Source of the DNA: Trichoplax adhaerens
Taxonomy: Eukaryota; Animalia; Placozoa
DNA length: 64,000 nucleotides
Direction: 5' to 3'
Assembly: GCF_000150275.1 (NCBI RefSeq)
Contig: NW_002060965.1
Location: forward strand, 372,001-436,000
In this document: positions 1 to 13,791 of the stretch, in pieces
Position numbering within the stretch: the stretch's first letter is position 1
Layout of the letters: every line of letters starts with the position of its first letter
Notes under the pieces: model-generated
What the model saw: only the letters and a program-made list of their open reading frames with translations
What the model was told of the DNA's origin: nothing
The model's database searches: none
Position numbers and translations under genes: made by a program

Positions 1-1063
1 TTAAGAAAATGCATCAGTAGAATCTCGTTTAATGCTAGCGTATTCTAAATCAGCATGAACAACCCATCCCCTCTGATTATAACGATGAAATAAATAGAAT
101 AAGATAGAGCTTCAGATTTCGATATGTCACTACAGTGTATAGTAAAGTAGCGCTTAAAAGACGCGCTTGAGTAATTTAGAAAATAAATAAATTCTAATTT
201 ATTCTTAATCAGTCATGGATTATTTTGCTTTGGTGTTGCAGCAATCTTAGATGTAATGTTGCATAATTGGTAATATTAAATTAAACGGACGGAAATCAAT
301 TTCTCACTATATATCGAATATAGAGTAGCAGGAATTGAAATAGAATAACCTTGTCGCATTTGCATATTGTCATAGCTGATGGATTTAAATCAAATTACCA
401 TCTTATCTGCCATTACAAATACTCGTATGCAATCTCTGCAGGCCATTGCCTATTCTTGAATAGTACTTTCAATCATTTTATCTGAACTTCGGTATGCAGA
501 TTCCACACTTCAATCAAAAATTGATAGAGCAGATTAAAATCACTGTATACTTCCAATTCTGCGGCAGAATATCCCTAATATTGATTTAAATCATAGAGGC
601 TATTGATCGTCAACTTTGGCTCAGTTCCCCATATGCACCTGACCGACAGTTACGAATTCGATCATGATGATAATATTACTCCTGTATATACCTAGAATTT
701 AATTGATATCTCACCGGCAGATAATGCCCGCTTGCTCTTCAAGAAGGATCGAGCAATTTAGCGTAAAATAAATTCAACTTTAACAGAAGTTTAATAACCT
801 ACAGGTTTGCATTAGGCAGCAAAAATCCATGGCAACTAAGCGGAAATAAAATACGCATGCGTATGCCACCATTGCTCTCCACGTCTCCAACTCTCCATGT
901 CCCCTGTCCAGGTTCTACCTGAAGAAGTCGTCGGTCCTTTTATAACCTATAGTTCCACCATCGAGATGGAAATCAGGAATTAAAAATAAGTCAGGGGCCT
1001 AAGCATACAACCTAACTAAGTGATACAAGCCAAGAGAAGAACATTTTATACTTTATGCACCAT
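1..1063 (-). CDS. Candidate small micro-exon gene, unknown product (~90 aa)
   Basis: Hand-spliced minus-strand exons 1063-1052, 946-855, 736-715, 574-551, 449-399 (or 449-423) and 72-1 all have GT..AG boundaries and compatible phases. The first four introns are 101-140 nt. Product: MVHKVIKGPTTSSGRTWTGDMESWRRGEQWWHTHAASGHYLPGYSAAELEAMACRDCIRVFVMADKMRGWVVHADLEYASIKRDSTDAFS*, with the stop at 3-1. No homolog recognised. Confidence 0.45.
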
Positions 1064-1263
1064 AGCAAGCTTGAGTTTAGTCCAAGGTAGGTATGCAATG
1101 TCTATTCTAATAAGTCTTTGCAAAACAGCATCATGAATTTGTTTGTTTACTTTTTCGATGATAGTTCTTAAGCAACTCGGTTGTTCCAATAGAGTTCGGT
1201 AAAGAAATAATATTTTACCGCAGAGGTTGTCAAATTTTGAGGTATCCCTTGAGCAACTATCAG

Positions 1264-2964
1264 ATGGCATCATCAAGCTGGCTACAGCGAGGTAATAATC
1301 GTTTGCAAGGCTTGTTGCTAGATATATCTGGTGTTTTATACAATTCTGGCGTTTCTGGTGGTCAAGCAATTGATGGATCTGTAGAGGCTTTAGCAAGGTA
1401 TGAGTTCTAAAAAAAATTATCTGCTAGTTTCATACCCTTAACATTATGGAAAACTAGTAAGGCGGCTCATACTTAAACTTAATGCATAGCTTCCTTCCAT
1501 TGTGCAAAGCAAGCACGTATCATATTACAGTGTAATATTTGTCAAGAATTGCATCGGCTGGTGAAGTGTAACGCAATGTAGAATTAAGCATCAATCAAAT
1601 TCTGTGATATCTTAAACGAGTTGCATTATTCTCTAGAATACTCATGATTATTAATCTATAATTATAATTTATAATCATTTATCAGATTGAAGAAAGCACA
1701 TTTTCCCCTTAGATTGTGCACAAATGAATCTCAGTGTTCGATCGATACATTAGTTAAGAAATTACAACGTTTAGGATTTAATGTTCAGGAGGAAGATATC
1801 TATTCACCTATTAAAGCAGTTAAAAGTTTTTTGATAGAAAACTCACTACGCCCTCATTTGCTTGTACATCCAGGTAAGGCAATAATTGGCACCAATCTAG
1901 AATCAAGTATATTGAAATGCCATTAAATAAATTGTACTAATCCATTTTTATTTATCGTTTCCCCGAACGCTAACCCTTGTCTCTCCAATAAATTTAAATA
2001 GACGTCTTGGATGAATTTGTTGATATCGACCAATCAAATCCTAACTGTGTAGTTATTGGTGATGCTACAGATGCTTTTTCTTATGCAGCACTAAATGAAG
2101 CTTTTACAATACTAATGAACATGAAGCAACCCAAGCTGATTTCTCTAGGAAAAGGGTTTGTGTTAAGGCTCAATTACCAACCAGCAATGCAATTACAGAA
2201 TAGATGGATTGATATTGTTAACATCAACATGAAGAATATTAATTCAGGTAACTTATGAGATACAGAAACTGTAACTCAGTCTTGTTTGTAATATTGATTT
2301 AAAATAGACGATATTACCAGGAAACTGATGGATTGAAGCTTGATGTTGGCCCTTTCTCCAAGGTGTTAGAAGTAAGGTATTTCTACGATATAATTGAATA
2401 ATTATAGATTTTAGTTATCTTCATTGCTATGAATCAACCTACTTCTGGAACTCAATAAATTACCTTACAACATCAGTATGCATGCCAGATTGAAGCAGAA
2501 GTAGTCGGCAAACCATCGAAAACATTTTTTATGGCGGCACTTGCCGGTTTCAATATTAATCCAGAACATGTAAGTATTTAATACTCTATCATTAAACCCA
2601 GGTAATATTTGTATAACTTCACGTTCAATGTGTTACGACTATATTTTCTTATCATTGTTAATACACAGTTTCTGATGATTGGTGATGATGTTGTAAGCGA
2701 TGTTGGTGGCGCACAAGCTTGCGGCTTACGTGGAGTTTTGGTTAGAACAGGAAAATATAGGTGAGTATTCCCAATGTTGTTAAAATCATCCTATCCTTTT
2801 CTTACGAATAACTCTTGATAAGGCTCATAAAAACTATTGCTAGCCAACTTAAATGAAGATACATATTTTGTTTAATTAGACCATCCGACGAGAATCATCC
2901 ACAAGTTCAACCAGATGCTGTTGTAAATAATCTAGCGCAAGCAGTCGACTCCATCTTGCAATAA
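1264..2964 (+). CDS. LHPP: Phospholysine phosphohistidine inorganic pyrophosphate phosphatase (HAD IIA family)
   Basis: Exons 1264-1397, 1686-1873, 2002-2155, 2308-2371, 2477-2569, 2669-2760 and 2880-2964, all GT-AG and in phase. Motifs [78 protein letters not shown] and [13 protein letters not shown] match LHPP more closely than HDHD2. Confidence 0.93.
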
Positions 2965-3675
2965 TTATAAAATGCAGGATCGTCAAATCAATTTAAAATA
3001 GTTAGTGTTACAATTCACTAGAATTAGAACGATTACAAGGGTTACTGCAAGATTTTATGGGATGATTTATCGTAAGCTTTTGTAATCTGGCTAACTGCTA
3101 ACCAATACCTACATCCATTCTTATTTATATTATCAATTTCTCATTCGTGCATAGTAAGTGTACTGCAGGCATTATAGAACGATATTTACTGTAATACGTA
3201 CTTGTTTGTAATTTAGTACATCATTTACGTTCGTGGGTAGCTGCACGGCAACCACAAATTGGCTTAGATTAAAATTGTAGACTGAAAGGTCCATGGTATT
3301 ATTAAACAAATCAAGTTTATGTAATAAAAGGCAATTTTTGCGAGAAATACTGGTTCTTATTTTAACATTTTTAAGCATTTCAACGCAAAAACTTATAGTA
3401 TGTATCTTAGGAGCGATAATTTATAGAAAACTGTGCAGCAATCAATTTGTCTTAGGTACTCCAATGAAAAGAATCGTCAACTCATTCTTTGCTGTCTTAC
3501 CAGCCTTCATTCTGCTTGTTTGTATCAAACTGCGTGAGCATATATCATTTCACTATCATTCACCATATCGATATTGCCTTAAAGATGCTTTGTAATCACA
3601 GTACATGTATGTTTCAATTATTTAATTAAAAATCCTAGTTATACAAATACAAGTAATATTTTATGCTCAATGCCA

Positions 3676-3706
<31 letters not shown>

Positions 3707-3707
3707 C
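3676..3707. repeat. (TA)n microsatellite
   Basis: atatatatat... run between the convergent LHPP and RNF220 3' ends. Confidence 0.9.
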
Positions 3708-4582
3708 AGATCTTTGATCTATACTATATGCTGACTTGATCAAGACATACAATAACTTCAATCTATAGAGAAGAATTTCATTTGATAAGGTCACCGATTT
3801 GGTTGTAACATTACAGCGAGTATAAAGAATTAATTCGCAGAGTAGTTACTCTTGGACAAAGATAGAATTACATTTTTTATTAAATAGAAAGTCATTCAAC
3901 AACAGTTATGCTTGCTTAAAAAACTGTCAAAGTGGATATCTTTACACTTAATAGAAACTTGTTACTCAAATACGTTACATATCGACCCCAACAAAATGAT
4001 GATAGCCTATAATTTTTATATAAAGAATGCAGAAATAGCAAATGTGCTATGGCGCTGTTAAAACAGATCGAAAGGATTAAAAATAAGGATGATGTAAGTA
4101 GAAATATTTAATCATATTCGATCGTGAAGCAAACTATTGTCAAGTTATGAGTGGCAACAGTAATATAAATAGTTTGAAATGTTCATTACAATCAGATATA
4201 GAGTTTTTATCAAATAATAAATTGTTGCAAATAAATATTATTAATATGGCGTGACAAAAGTACTACAGCGTATCACAGTGCAGCCACATCATCGCGTAAG
4301 TAGGTTAGCTCGAGAATAAAAATCTTTCAGTTAGTCAATCATTGGTAATAACATTATTAAATATCATATATCGTATTTAGCTCAAGATGATTGTAGTAGC
4401 CTACAGAGCCATTAGGACTGCTCACCACCCAGCACGATAAAATTGTAATCTGTTGCATATATCTCATGTTCGAATTTAACAAATATCTTTAATTACTAAC
4501 TATTTTACTGAATGCCTCAAATAAGTCAATCATATAATAGTAAGATATTAAAAAATGGGTAAATTGAAAATATTTTACGCTG

Positions 4583-7500
4583 CTATAGATAAATTTTTCG
4601 TAAATCGGCTGGTGAAGTTATTACATTGCACTGCGGACAAAGTTTTTTAGCACCTAGTGTTCGCATCCAACATTCTTCGCAATGAACGTGCCAACAATTA
4701 ATCGAAGTTAATGGGATATAGTAAGGCTCCATGCATATTAAGCATCTATAAGACGGATTAAACGACGATGAACTATCCGATGTTCTCTTATCGGAATTAC
4801 GATCCTTGATTCCTTTTTCAGTATCACCTCCAACACCATCTACCACTTGACTTTTAATATCTACTATGAAAGGATTATATTTCACGTTAATGATCCATTA
4901 ATTTACTATGTTCCGAATATTTAAATGCACAATTATCGCAAAAGGGATACAGCACAAACGTACGAAGGAGTATATCAACTCCAGAATTGCTCATACGGTC
5001 AATCATTCAAATATAATTACAGCAATAATGGCGGAATTTAGACAATAATTGGATAAGAAATCTTTATTTATCCTTTTTCTTTCAAGTCAACATGCTTAAA
5101 CGTACTGAAGATCCGACTAGAGCGTGCTTTTCCTTTCTCTTCTGCCATGAGCTTTCTTGACTACGTCGTATTTCTCTAAATTCAAATGTGATTTATACGC
5201 ACGATAGGGCTTATAACATTTTGTGCTAATATTAAACAGCAGTGTACTAACGCTATTCTATTCTAGGTGAAAATAATATCGCTATCGCAGCGACTATAAA
5301 AACTGTCGATTACTTGAAATAAAGATGGAAGAGCATAACAGGCATCAGTTGGTGCAGAAAGGAAGTGCATTTAGCCAAGCAAGAAGCATTAATACTACAA
5401 TCGTGAGAAGCGAAAAAGGTACTAGGGGTGCTAATGCAGTATAGCTGTGAAAGCGCGCAAAAAGCAGAACTTCATGGCTTTACGGTATGCAACAACTGAT
5501 TTAACTTGTACAAGGTTTAAGCATTAGCAATCATTTTTAATAGATACTAAATTTTTGGTATCCTAACTAGTCAAGAATCTGATTTACAGTGATTTCATCT
5601 TGTACATTTTCACTTTTAAAGTAAGGTATATTGTACAATTAATTACTCAGCAATATCATACAGTACTTACTATCATTCGATTTACAGTTAGTCCATTTAC
5701 TACTTTCCACAGCTTTGGATGATTTATCAATTCCTAGCATAGCTTGCCGCAAAGCCTTTCTAGATCGCTCTTCTTTAGCTTCATCAGCACTACATGGTAT
5801 TAAATCAGCTTCTGTGTACTGCGACTTACCAAAAGCTTCGCTAACATCAATATCAATAACAACATTTTCGTCTTCATCAGTTTTTTTAATTTTTTCAAAA
5901 CCAGATGCAGTCAAGTCTTCCTCAACCAACGCGGTGGCTCGTACCCTTGATTCGCCTAGGGTAAAGATCCGAATACGAATCAGGTTTGCTATTATACCTA
6001 TCTCTGTATGATTTGACAACATCATCTCTTCGCGATAGAAATTCTATGTTATGCGGTAAAAACAATTGAAATACTTACCACACCAATCGTATTCAATAAA
6101 TTTATCACTTTGATGACCACTACTTCCTTCGTTGCTAATACCCTTATTACCTAAACAATTATTTACATGATCGTTCATTTCCGTATCACTGCCAGTAATT
6201 GATTGATTACAAATTGGACACAAGGTAGATGTAGATGTTGTAGAGCTTGAGGCTGTCAAATATGTATTACCACTATATCTTCCTTGATTTAATAATCTTC
6301 TATTCATTGCATTGCTTGTTAAAGACGTTCCATCCGATGAACTTTCACCCTTACTCCTGATTAATCTGTTATTTCGTACAGATTCAAAAACTTCATACAA
6401 CGATCCATGAGAAATGCTTGGTGACAAACTTTCCGTATTTTCTTTCTGCTTCTTGCTCGATGCCTATATACGCGTACGATTAAGATATGCAGTATAGTCG
6501 TCATTGATAATTTTGATTAATTAGACATTAAATAGAAATTTCAAAGTGTCAACTATAACGTAATTACGTCAATGCAACGAAGTGTACTGTACAAATACTC
6601 GTACAGTAGCATCAACATAGTGATAACACCAATATACGAAGCTGTTTCTGACTAGCTGTTTAAAATGTACATTATGGTATAATATTCAAAGTTGGACTTA
6701 TTTATATACAGAAAAGCCATTAGTAAACCTGTTGCGTGGATTTTCTTCCATGGCTTGATTCACGCAAATTCCTACGCGAATTACTTTTACTCAGAGAAGA
6801 AAACATGGCAGTCATTTTCTTCAACTCCATATCCAAATGGCTTTGTAAATCACTTGTCCTTATAGTCATACCACATATTGGACAATTACCACCATAAGTG
6901 GATTTCCTTTTACGACGAGATCTCCCATCACGATTATTTTCCACTTCCAAGCTATCCTTGGATGTGCCGGCATTGTCTACACCATTTGTCTCTGCTGATA
7001 AATCTTCTTCCTTTTTGGCATTATTATTATTTTTATCACCCTCTAGTAAAAGTAAATTCATAAAAGTGTTAATAGTAAAGTAACATATGTCAGTACTAAT
7101 TACCAACATATGAGAAATTTCTACAATAGTAGTGTACTCGTCTAATACAACACTATCAAAATCATGGTATCCAATTCGAACAAAACTGTCGTTGAACGAT
7201 TGAAAATAAATAAAAGTACTTTCATGTGATGATCAAGAAATAATAACTAAAGCATGGCTAATGATAAAGTTGTTAATATAGCCTGATTGGGATAGTAAAC
7301 TATTACAGAATGACGACGATATACTATTGATCAAATTAAAGGATATTCATTACCAGATGGTATGGCTTGACTAACGCGATCATCAGTTTTGTTCTTCTCT
7401 TCAGTATTAGCTTTTCTATCATCGCTTGTAGTTGCATCTTTTGTAGTAGTGAAAGGCTTAAATGCTCCGCTAGAGCCATCAAACTGAACTCCAATTTGTC

Positions 7501-7945
7501 CGGCATTTGTAGATCTAGCAGTTGCTGTTGTTTCGTTTTGATGTAAGTTATTACTGGCAATAAGATGAGTTTGTCCAACAGCTGACGCTGGCTGTAATTG
7601 CGTATGATGAATAGGGAGTACAGGCATAGCATGTAGTGCTAATTCACCGTACTGATCATATAGCTGAGCCTGTAATGGCGCATAATGAGGGGTTAAAGAA
7701 CTGATGTTACTTGGTGGATAACCATAAACTGTTGGGATACCATCACGATTATGCGAAGTCGAATAAACATTGGGCAATTCGTGTGGTAAAGCCATTGAAT
7801 TGCTTGTTCTTGTTGCATCCGCTGTTGACGCTAACGCCATCAGAGCGGGTGGAGTACCAATATTTTTATTGTTATTACCATATTCAGCGGCGGTTGACGA
7901 TTGCAATTTTTGTGGTTGCTGTTGATTCGATTGATGGCCATCCAT
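4583..7945 (-). CDS. RNF220: RING finger protein 220, E3 ubiquitin ligase
   Basis: Exons 7945-7354, 7042-6729, 6463-6079, 5955-5671 and 4863/4860-4583, with phases 1,0,1,1 consistent. Motifs CPICGMTIRTSDLQSHLDMELKKM, CPICNQ...MNDHVNNCL, EYDWCGESRVRAT, FGKSQYTEADLIPC and the C-terminal RING CLICMEPYYIPLTSINCWHVHCEECWMRTLGAKKLCPQCNVITSPADLRKIYL are characteristic of RNF220. Confidence 0.93.
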
Positions 7946-9035
7946 TATTGATTGATTTCTTTTTGCTATTCTAACGGAATTGCAAAGCAATCTTCGTGTT
8001 ATTATATGCGTGATAACCAATAGCAATTGTACTATTTTCTAGTTGCAAATACGATATCAGATGTATGATTTTGATGTACTATTCAATGACTCAACGATTA
8101 AGGTAATCAAGAATAGATCTATACGAGTAGTCTGATTCTACTTGGAAGCGTAGTTAATGAACTACAGTCAACAAAAGCAGAGCAAGTAACTGATACGTGT
8201 TGCAATTGCAAAAGTTCATCACGTTCATAATTTGATGAGTATACAAATTTTAACGAGATAGAAGTAGCGACCTGTTAAAAGGATTGCATGACATAACCTG
8301 CGACAACAAGTAAGGTTTATCGTTTGTTGATGCAAGCTATTACTATACTCGTACCATTGTATCACGTTCATGCCGTCAAGCAATCTTATGAATAAGTATT
8401 TTTGAATTATCTCACTTGCATTTCGGATTAATACTAGTATTATCCTTATCCGTAAGAATCTTTTTTCTTAAATCATCCATGGTAAGTCTATATAATAACA
8501 AGGTAGCGTCTTTCAATCTGTTATGAAGACCTTAATTCTACCACTATCTGAGATTGCATCAAACCCTATGTTGTCGTCTACAGTACTCGCATCCAAGTTG
8601 ATTGGCTCTACTACCATTGAATGGTATAACGTGCATGATTTATTGCTCCATTGACACTTTGAAAGATTGCGATTGTCAGGTAGAACTGTGTAAGCCATAT
8701 AGACATGGTGGCAAAAAAACATGCTACTATCCTGTAACAATTCCTTCTAGCGACGTTGAATGTACTGTCTTAAAATAGACTAAACTACTCATCGATGGCA
8801 TGATCGTCCTATAAAATCGATGCATCATTTTATCCATCCAGTCATCGTCTTTACTACTACTATCATCCCTCTAAAGCCCTACCTCATTGCTCAAGCCAAG
8901 AGGACACAAGTTCAACAACAACAACAATAACACCAGATGAACATTTTGCCAACTACCGATGAGCTCGCTAACGTACAGTAAAGGAACAGCTGAAACTACC
9001 GTCATTCCTACATTAGCATGGTATCAAATACTTAC

Positions 9036-9465
9036 CAAGACAACGACTACAGGCAATCAGTTTGCACAATGGATCTAAATCTTCATCATCGGTGATATGA
9101 TGCTGGAAATGCCAAGACGATAGAGGTTCGCCATTCACAAGCACAGCAACCTCCAGCTAGTCCAACTTTGATGGCAAACAATCCAACTGACCGTCAATAA
9201 GCTGAAGACGATGATGCCAATGGATTCTGCGCAATACTGCAAGACTAATCCGCTAGCTGTTTCATCACTCTTTTCTCCAAATTTGACTAGGCTACAGTAG
9301 GGGAAAACAGTCCTGATTGCGTACGATATCTGCAAAATGACCTCGACCGTGGTTGTCCGTCGGACTTCTGTGCACTTTACCGCAGTCTATAGTCTACAAC
9401 ACAGTACAGTGTACAGTACAGTACTGTGTCGTGAGATTGTACACAGTACGTACTGTACACTGTGA
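9036..9465 (-). promoter_or_regulatory. Probable RNF220 promoter and non-coding first exon
   Basis: A strong minus-strand donor (G|GTAAGT at ~9035) lies upstream of the RNF220 ATG. Local GC is higher, and a CAGTA/CTGTA island sits at ~9400-9460. Confidence 0.4.
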
Positions 9466-10337
9466 AGCGGACATTGGACGGACAGTCTGTTGTTAGCACA
9501 AGGACCACGACAGGTTCTACTTTGCTCTCTTTCTTGATTTTAGTAGACACTCGATTAGGAAGGTTGATAGGTAGTAGTCAGTAAGAAGTAATGTAGCTGT
9601 GAATTTTCTTTTAATGGATTACTATGCGTAGAATATGTGCCTGTTTATTTGAACTGGAAATGGACGAGTACGATTGTAAGCAGTCTACGCGTCAACTGTT
9701 CTGTATTGCTGGAGTGCCACGCTAGGACGACATTAGCAGCTCCAACCTGGAATCTGGAACTTTCCATAACTCAAACTAAGATGAAAGCAATCGCCAGTTT
9801 GCAAAGTTGATACAAAATTGGAAAGTTTTTGCAATCTTTCTACACAAAATTTAGAAAAGATTAGCTAAAACTTACTGTCAGATTCTCGAGTTCCTGCAAC
9901 GCAATAGTCATGAATAACTTGATAAGTGTACCGTACTATTACTACAGTATATTGCTATCAGCAGATTCGTAAGAAATAATATCTCAGCACTCAAAATATC
10001 AGAATTAGTGGATAGTATATTATGCACATTTACAGTGATTACTAACTCGGACAGTTACATTAGTATCATAACAAGATGCCTATCGTCCAGAAGTCCCCAA
10101 AAATTGGATTCAGGGGTCTGCAAAGCGTGTTATTTCTGCTCTCATTCCATACTGCCAATCATTCTAACAGCCTAATAGAGTATCAATATGACAAATAGCT
10201 TAGTAGAACTACAATCCTAGTGCTATTTACTTGCAAAGCAAATATCGTAACCTACTTTTATGCATGCCTTCAGTCAATACTAGGTTACTGGTCTCGAAGT
10301 GAACCATCAACAGGGGTACTATGTGTATCCCTACGAA

Positions 10338-11255
10338 CAGTCTAGCACAATATTAACACCTGAAATATCAATATCCTAGTAGGATTACTATCTATCAAAG
10401 CATGGATTGTCTGATACATGCAGTGGCAGTACTAGAGACTGTTCCAAATCCTTGACTACTCGTATGCAATACATAAGTATACTACGAGCAGTCTAGCATA
10501 ATATCAACAGCTGAAATTTCAATATCCCAGTAGGATTACCATTCATCAAAGCATGGATTGTCTGATACATGCAGTGACAGTACTAGAGACTGTTCCAAAT
10601 CCCTGACTACTCGTATGCAATATATAACAGCAGTCTAGCACAATATCAACAGCTGAAATATTAATATCCCAGTAGGATTACCATTCATCAAAGCATGGAT
10701 TGTCCGATACATGCAGTGGCAGTACTAGAGACTGTTCCAAATCCCTGACTACTCGTATGCAATATGTAACAGCAGTCTAGCATAATATCAACAGCTGAAA
10801 TATCAATATCCCAGTAGGATTACTATCTATCAAAGCATGGATTGTCTGATACATGCAGTGACAGTACTAGAGACTGTTCCAAATCCTTGACTACTCGTAT
10901 GCAATATATAAGAGCAGTCTAGCACAATATCAACAGCTGAAATATCAATATCCCAGTAGGATTACCATTCATCACAGCATGGATAGTCCGATACATGCAG
11001 TGGCAGTACTAGAGACTGTTCCAAATCCCTGACTACTCGTATGCAATATATAAGAGCAGTCTAGCACAATATCAACTGCTGAAATATCAATATCCCAGCA
11101 ATATATAAGAGCAGTCTAGCACAATATCAGCTGCTGAAATATCAATATCCCAGTAGGATTACCATTCATCAAAGCATGGATTGCCCGATACATGCAGTGG
11201 CAGTACTAGAGACTGTTCCAAATCCCTGACTACTTTGTATGCAACATAAGCATAC
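10338..11255. repeat. Tandem array, ~142 bp unit, ~6.5 copies
   Basis: The unit start cagtctagca recurs at 10338, 10489, 10631, 10773, 10915, 11057 and 11112 (the last after a 55-bp partial duplication). Copies are highly similar. Confidence 0.95.
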
Positions 11256-11718
11256 TATATCGAGTAGGCCATGACATGATATTGGTCCATCTTTGAATGC
11301 ATCCAGCCGATTCGAGGGAGGCTGGTCGTCCATGAAGCCAAGCATGCTAAAGCCAATCGTATAAGACACTACTGTACAATACAGTCATGCAGCACCCATA
11401 CTGTACGTATTAACATAACCTGCAACAATGGTCCAGTCCTGTACTTCTGAGTACCAGTTGAGTTCGACGTGGGACCAGCCATTCATTCACCTGCTAGCAA
11501 CCATGGTGACGAAGACTTGCACAGAGGCCAATTTTCAGTTTTGGCAAACCCAGATGTATCCTGTCCAATGGACTCTGGCTAACAAATGAAAATGTAGATT
11601 ATGACGAGCATTATACTGATCGTATTTGATTTTTTACTACCTTAACTTTATACCGCTCAAGATGTGCATTGGTATAGCCGTCATCGACTGCTTGATTGGA
11701 AGAAAACAACGGATTCGT

Positions 11719-13791
11719 ATGAGAAAGAAGAGCAAATTGATCCTTGCCTTGATTGCTTTCAATATCATCGTTGCTTTAGCCATTTATCATCATTTCAATA
11801 GTACCAAAACAAAGCATAAATTGGCTGTAGTCATTCCATTTCGTGATCGTTTCGATGAATTAATGGTCATGGTGCCTCATTTATCTCGTTATTTGCAGTC
11901 AAGTCGTATTAATTTTGAAATTATTGTTGTCAACCAAGTGGACCAATGGAGGTAAGAAATGTAGGATGGAAGGAAATGGTCCGACCGCACTAGTCATTCA
12001 TTTAAATCAATGCCCATTCTTTATACAGTACCAATGTATCCTTTTATCATCATAGCATACCTAGTTTGTTCAGTACTAGCTGGATTGACAACCATCGCTG
12101 TTTTCAACGGCCATTCACTGCTGCTGTTTTTTTCTCACAGATTCAATCGTGCTGCACTACTCAATGTGGGCTTCCATTTGACCAACATCAAATCCGACTT
12201 TGATTATATTATCCTTCATGATGTCGATTTATTACCTATGTCCTACCAGTTAAATTATGCCTATCCTGAAGATGGCCCATATCATATCTCGTCACCTGAT
12301 TTGCATCCCATATATAAATTTTCGTCTTACCTTGGAGGTATACTTGCATTAACTAAAGAGCATTATCTACAGGCGAGTTCAATTTGAAATTCGACTCATT
12401 TCTCATTCATTTTCATGTTTTTATATCAACATTACCCTAATGATTGAATCCCTTGCACTAATCACTCTGTACACTGTATTGATATGGATCCTTTGCTTTT
12501 CATTTTAACCGCTTAGGTCAATGGTATGTCGAATAACTTTTGGGGATGGGGTAGAGAAGACGATGAATTTCGATTACGACTGATTGAAGCAGGATTAACG
12601 GTACTGTAAAGAGTAATCTACCTTTCATTCTGATGTTATGAATACACACTAAACTAGTTGTTCCACATTTCTTTTGCTATGGTAAACGTACCTTGTTAAT
12701 GTCGCTAACTGCAACGTATTGGCATACAACGACTCGCAGAATCAGACAGCGTAATAGACTTTTAACGTTAATAGTTGGACCAATACGCGTATTAATTATT
12801 CGTGTTTCTACAATAGTTCTTGTCCAGTCATTACCTTCCGATCATATTTTTGCAATTGCCAAAGCAAATCTTGGTGAATAAAATAGTCAATCTTGCCATG
12901 TTTAAATTGCTTGTTTAATCATGATGACACTGCGAATTGTCTCAATTAAAATAATGATAATGTCATATTCTTCAATCAGATTCTATAAACATCGAGTCAA
13001 GCATGACATATAAAGATAGATCTTACGTTTTATTAGTACCCGAGTGCTTGTAACATTCGCTATTACATAAGAATAGGCCTTTGGCTATATTCTAATCTTA
13101 TCCATCCTGCAGAATTAAATTTACCTGGAATAGATTGCTCAATCTTTGATAGTCACTTACTGTACTTTAACAATAATATCCCACAATTTTATACAGCTCA
13201 TGTAAGTTATTACAAAGTACAACAAGATTTCACTACCATTAATCGACTCTTTACCACGTTGGGAAAGGCCTTCAAGCTTGTCATTCGTACCTTATTGAAA
13301 CAGCCTTTAACTTACTATTAACAAACTCTTCTTAACACTTATCATATAGATCCACAGAGCGTATAATATCAAGAATAAAAATAGCGCATTTCGCCATATC
13401 CATGACAATAACAGGCGGCCTCGCGATATGAAAGAATTTTACAATCAACGACAAGTACTAAATATTCTATGATGCAGTCTATTTCCGATGTTAATGATGA
13501 TCCCCTCTCTTAAACTGACTCTATTTCGTATCTCCTAAATAGGCCAAATATCAACGCGATCGTGTTACCGGTTTAAGTACACTTCGATATCGGTTAGTAT
13601 CACAGCACCAATTAACAGTTGACAGCGCTAAGTGTAGAGTTTATAATGTACAACTGGAATGCAATTTAGCAGTCACACCATGGTGTCAAAATAAGAAAAA
13701 GAAAAATCGAAATCGCAAGGTGGCTAATAGTACCAAGGCTAAATCTCCCAAGAAGTCGTTGCTGTTTGCAAAGACAAACCTATCTGTTTAA
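11719..13791 (+). CDS. B4GALT7: Beta-1,4-galactosyltransferase 7 (xylosylprotein galactosyltransferase I)
   Basis: Exons 11719 (or upstream ATG 11662)-11951, 12141-12372, 12517-12600, 13350-13454 and 13543-13791. Type II TM anchor; motifs [66 protein letters not shown] and [11 protein letters not shown]. Confidence 0.94.

Noticed and set aside
1046-1396. 116 aa minus-strand ORF
   Set aside because: Largely antisense to LHPP exon 1 and the shared promoter. Only its terminal MVHK codons fit a spliced model.
5105-5175. Possible extra RNF220 exon in the last intron
   Set aside because: Its open frame exits in phase 0, whereas the RING exon needs phase 1. Direct splicing from 5671 to 4863/4860 already keeps the frame.
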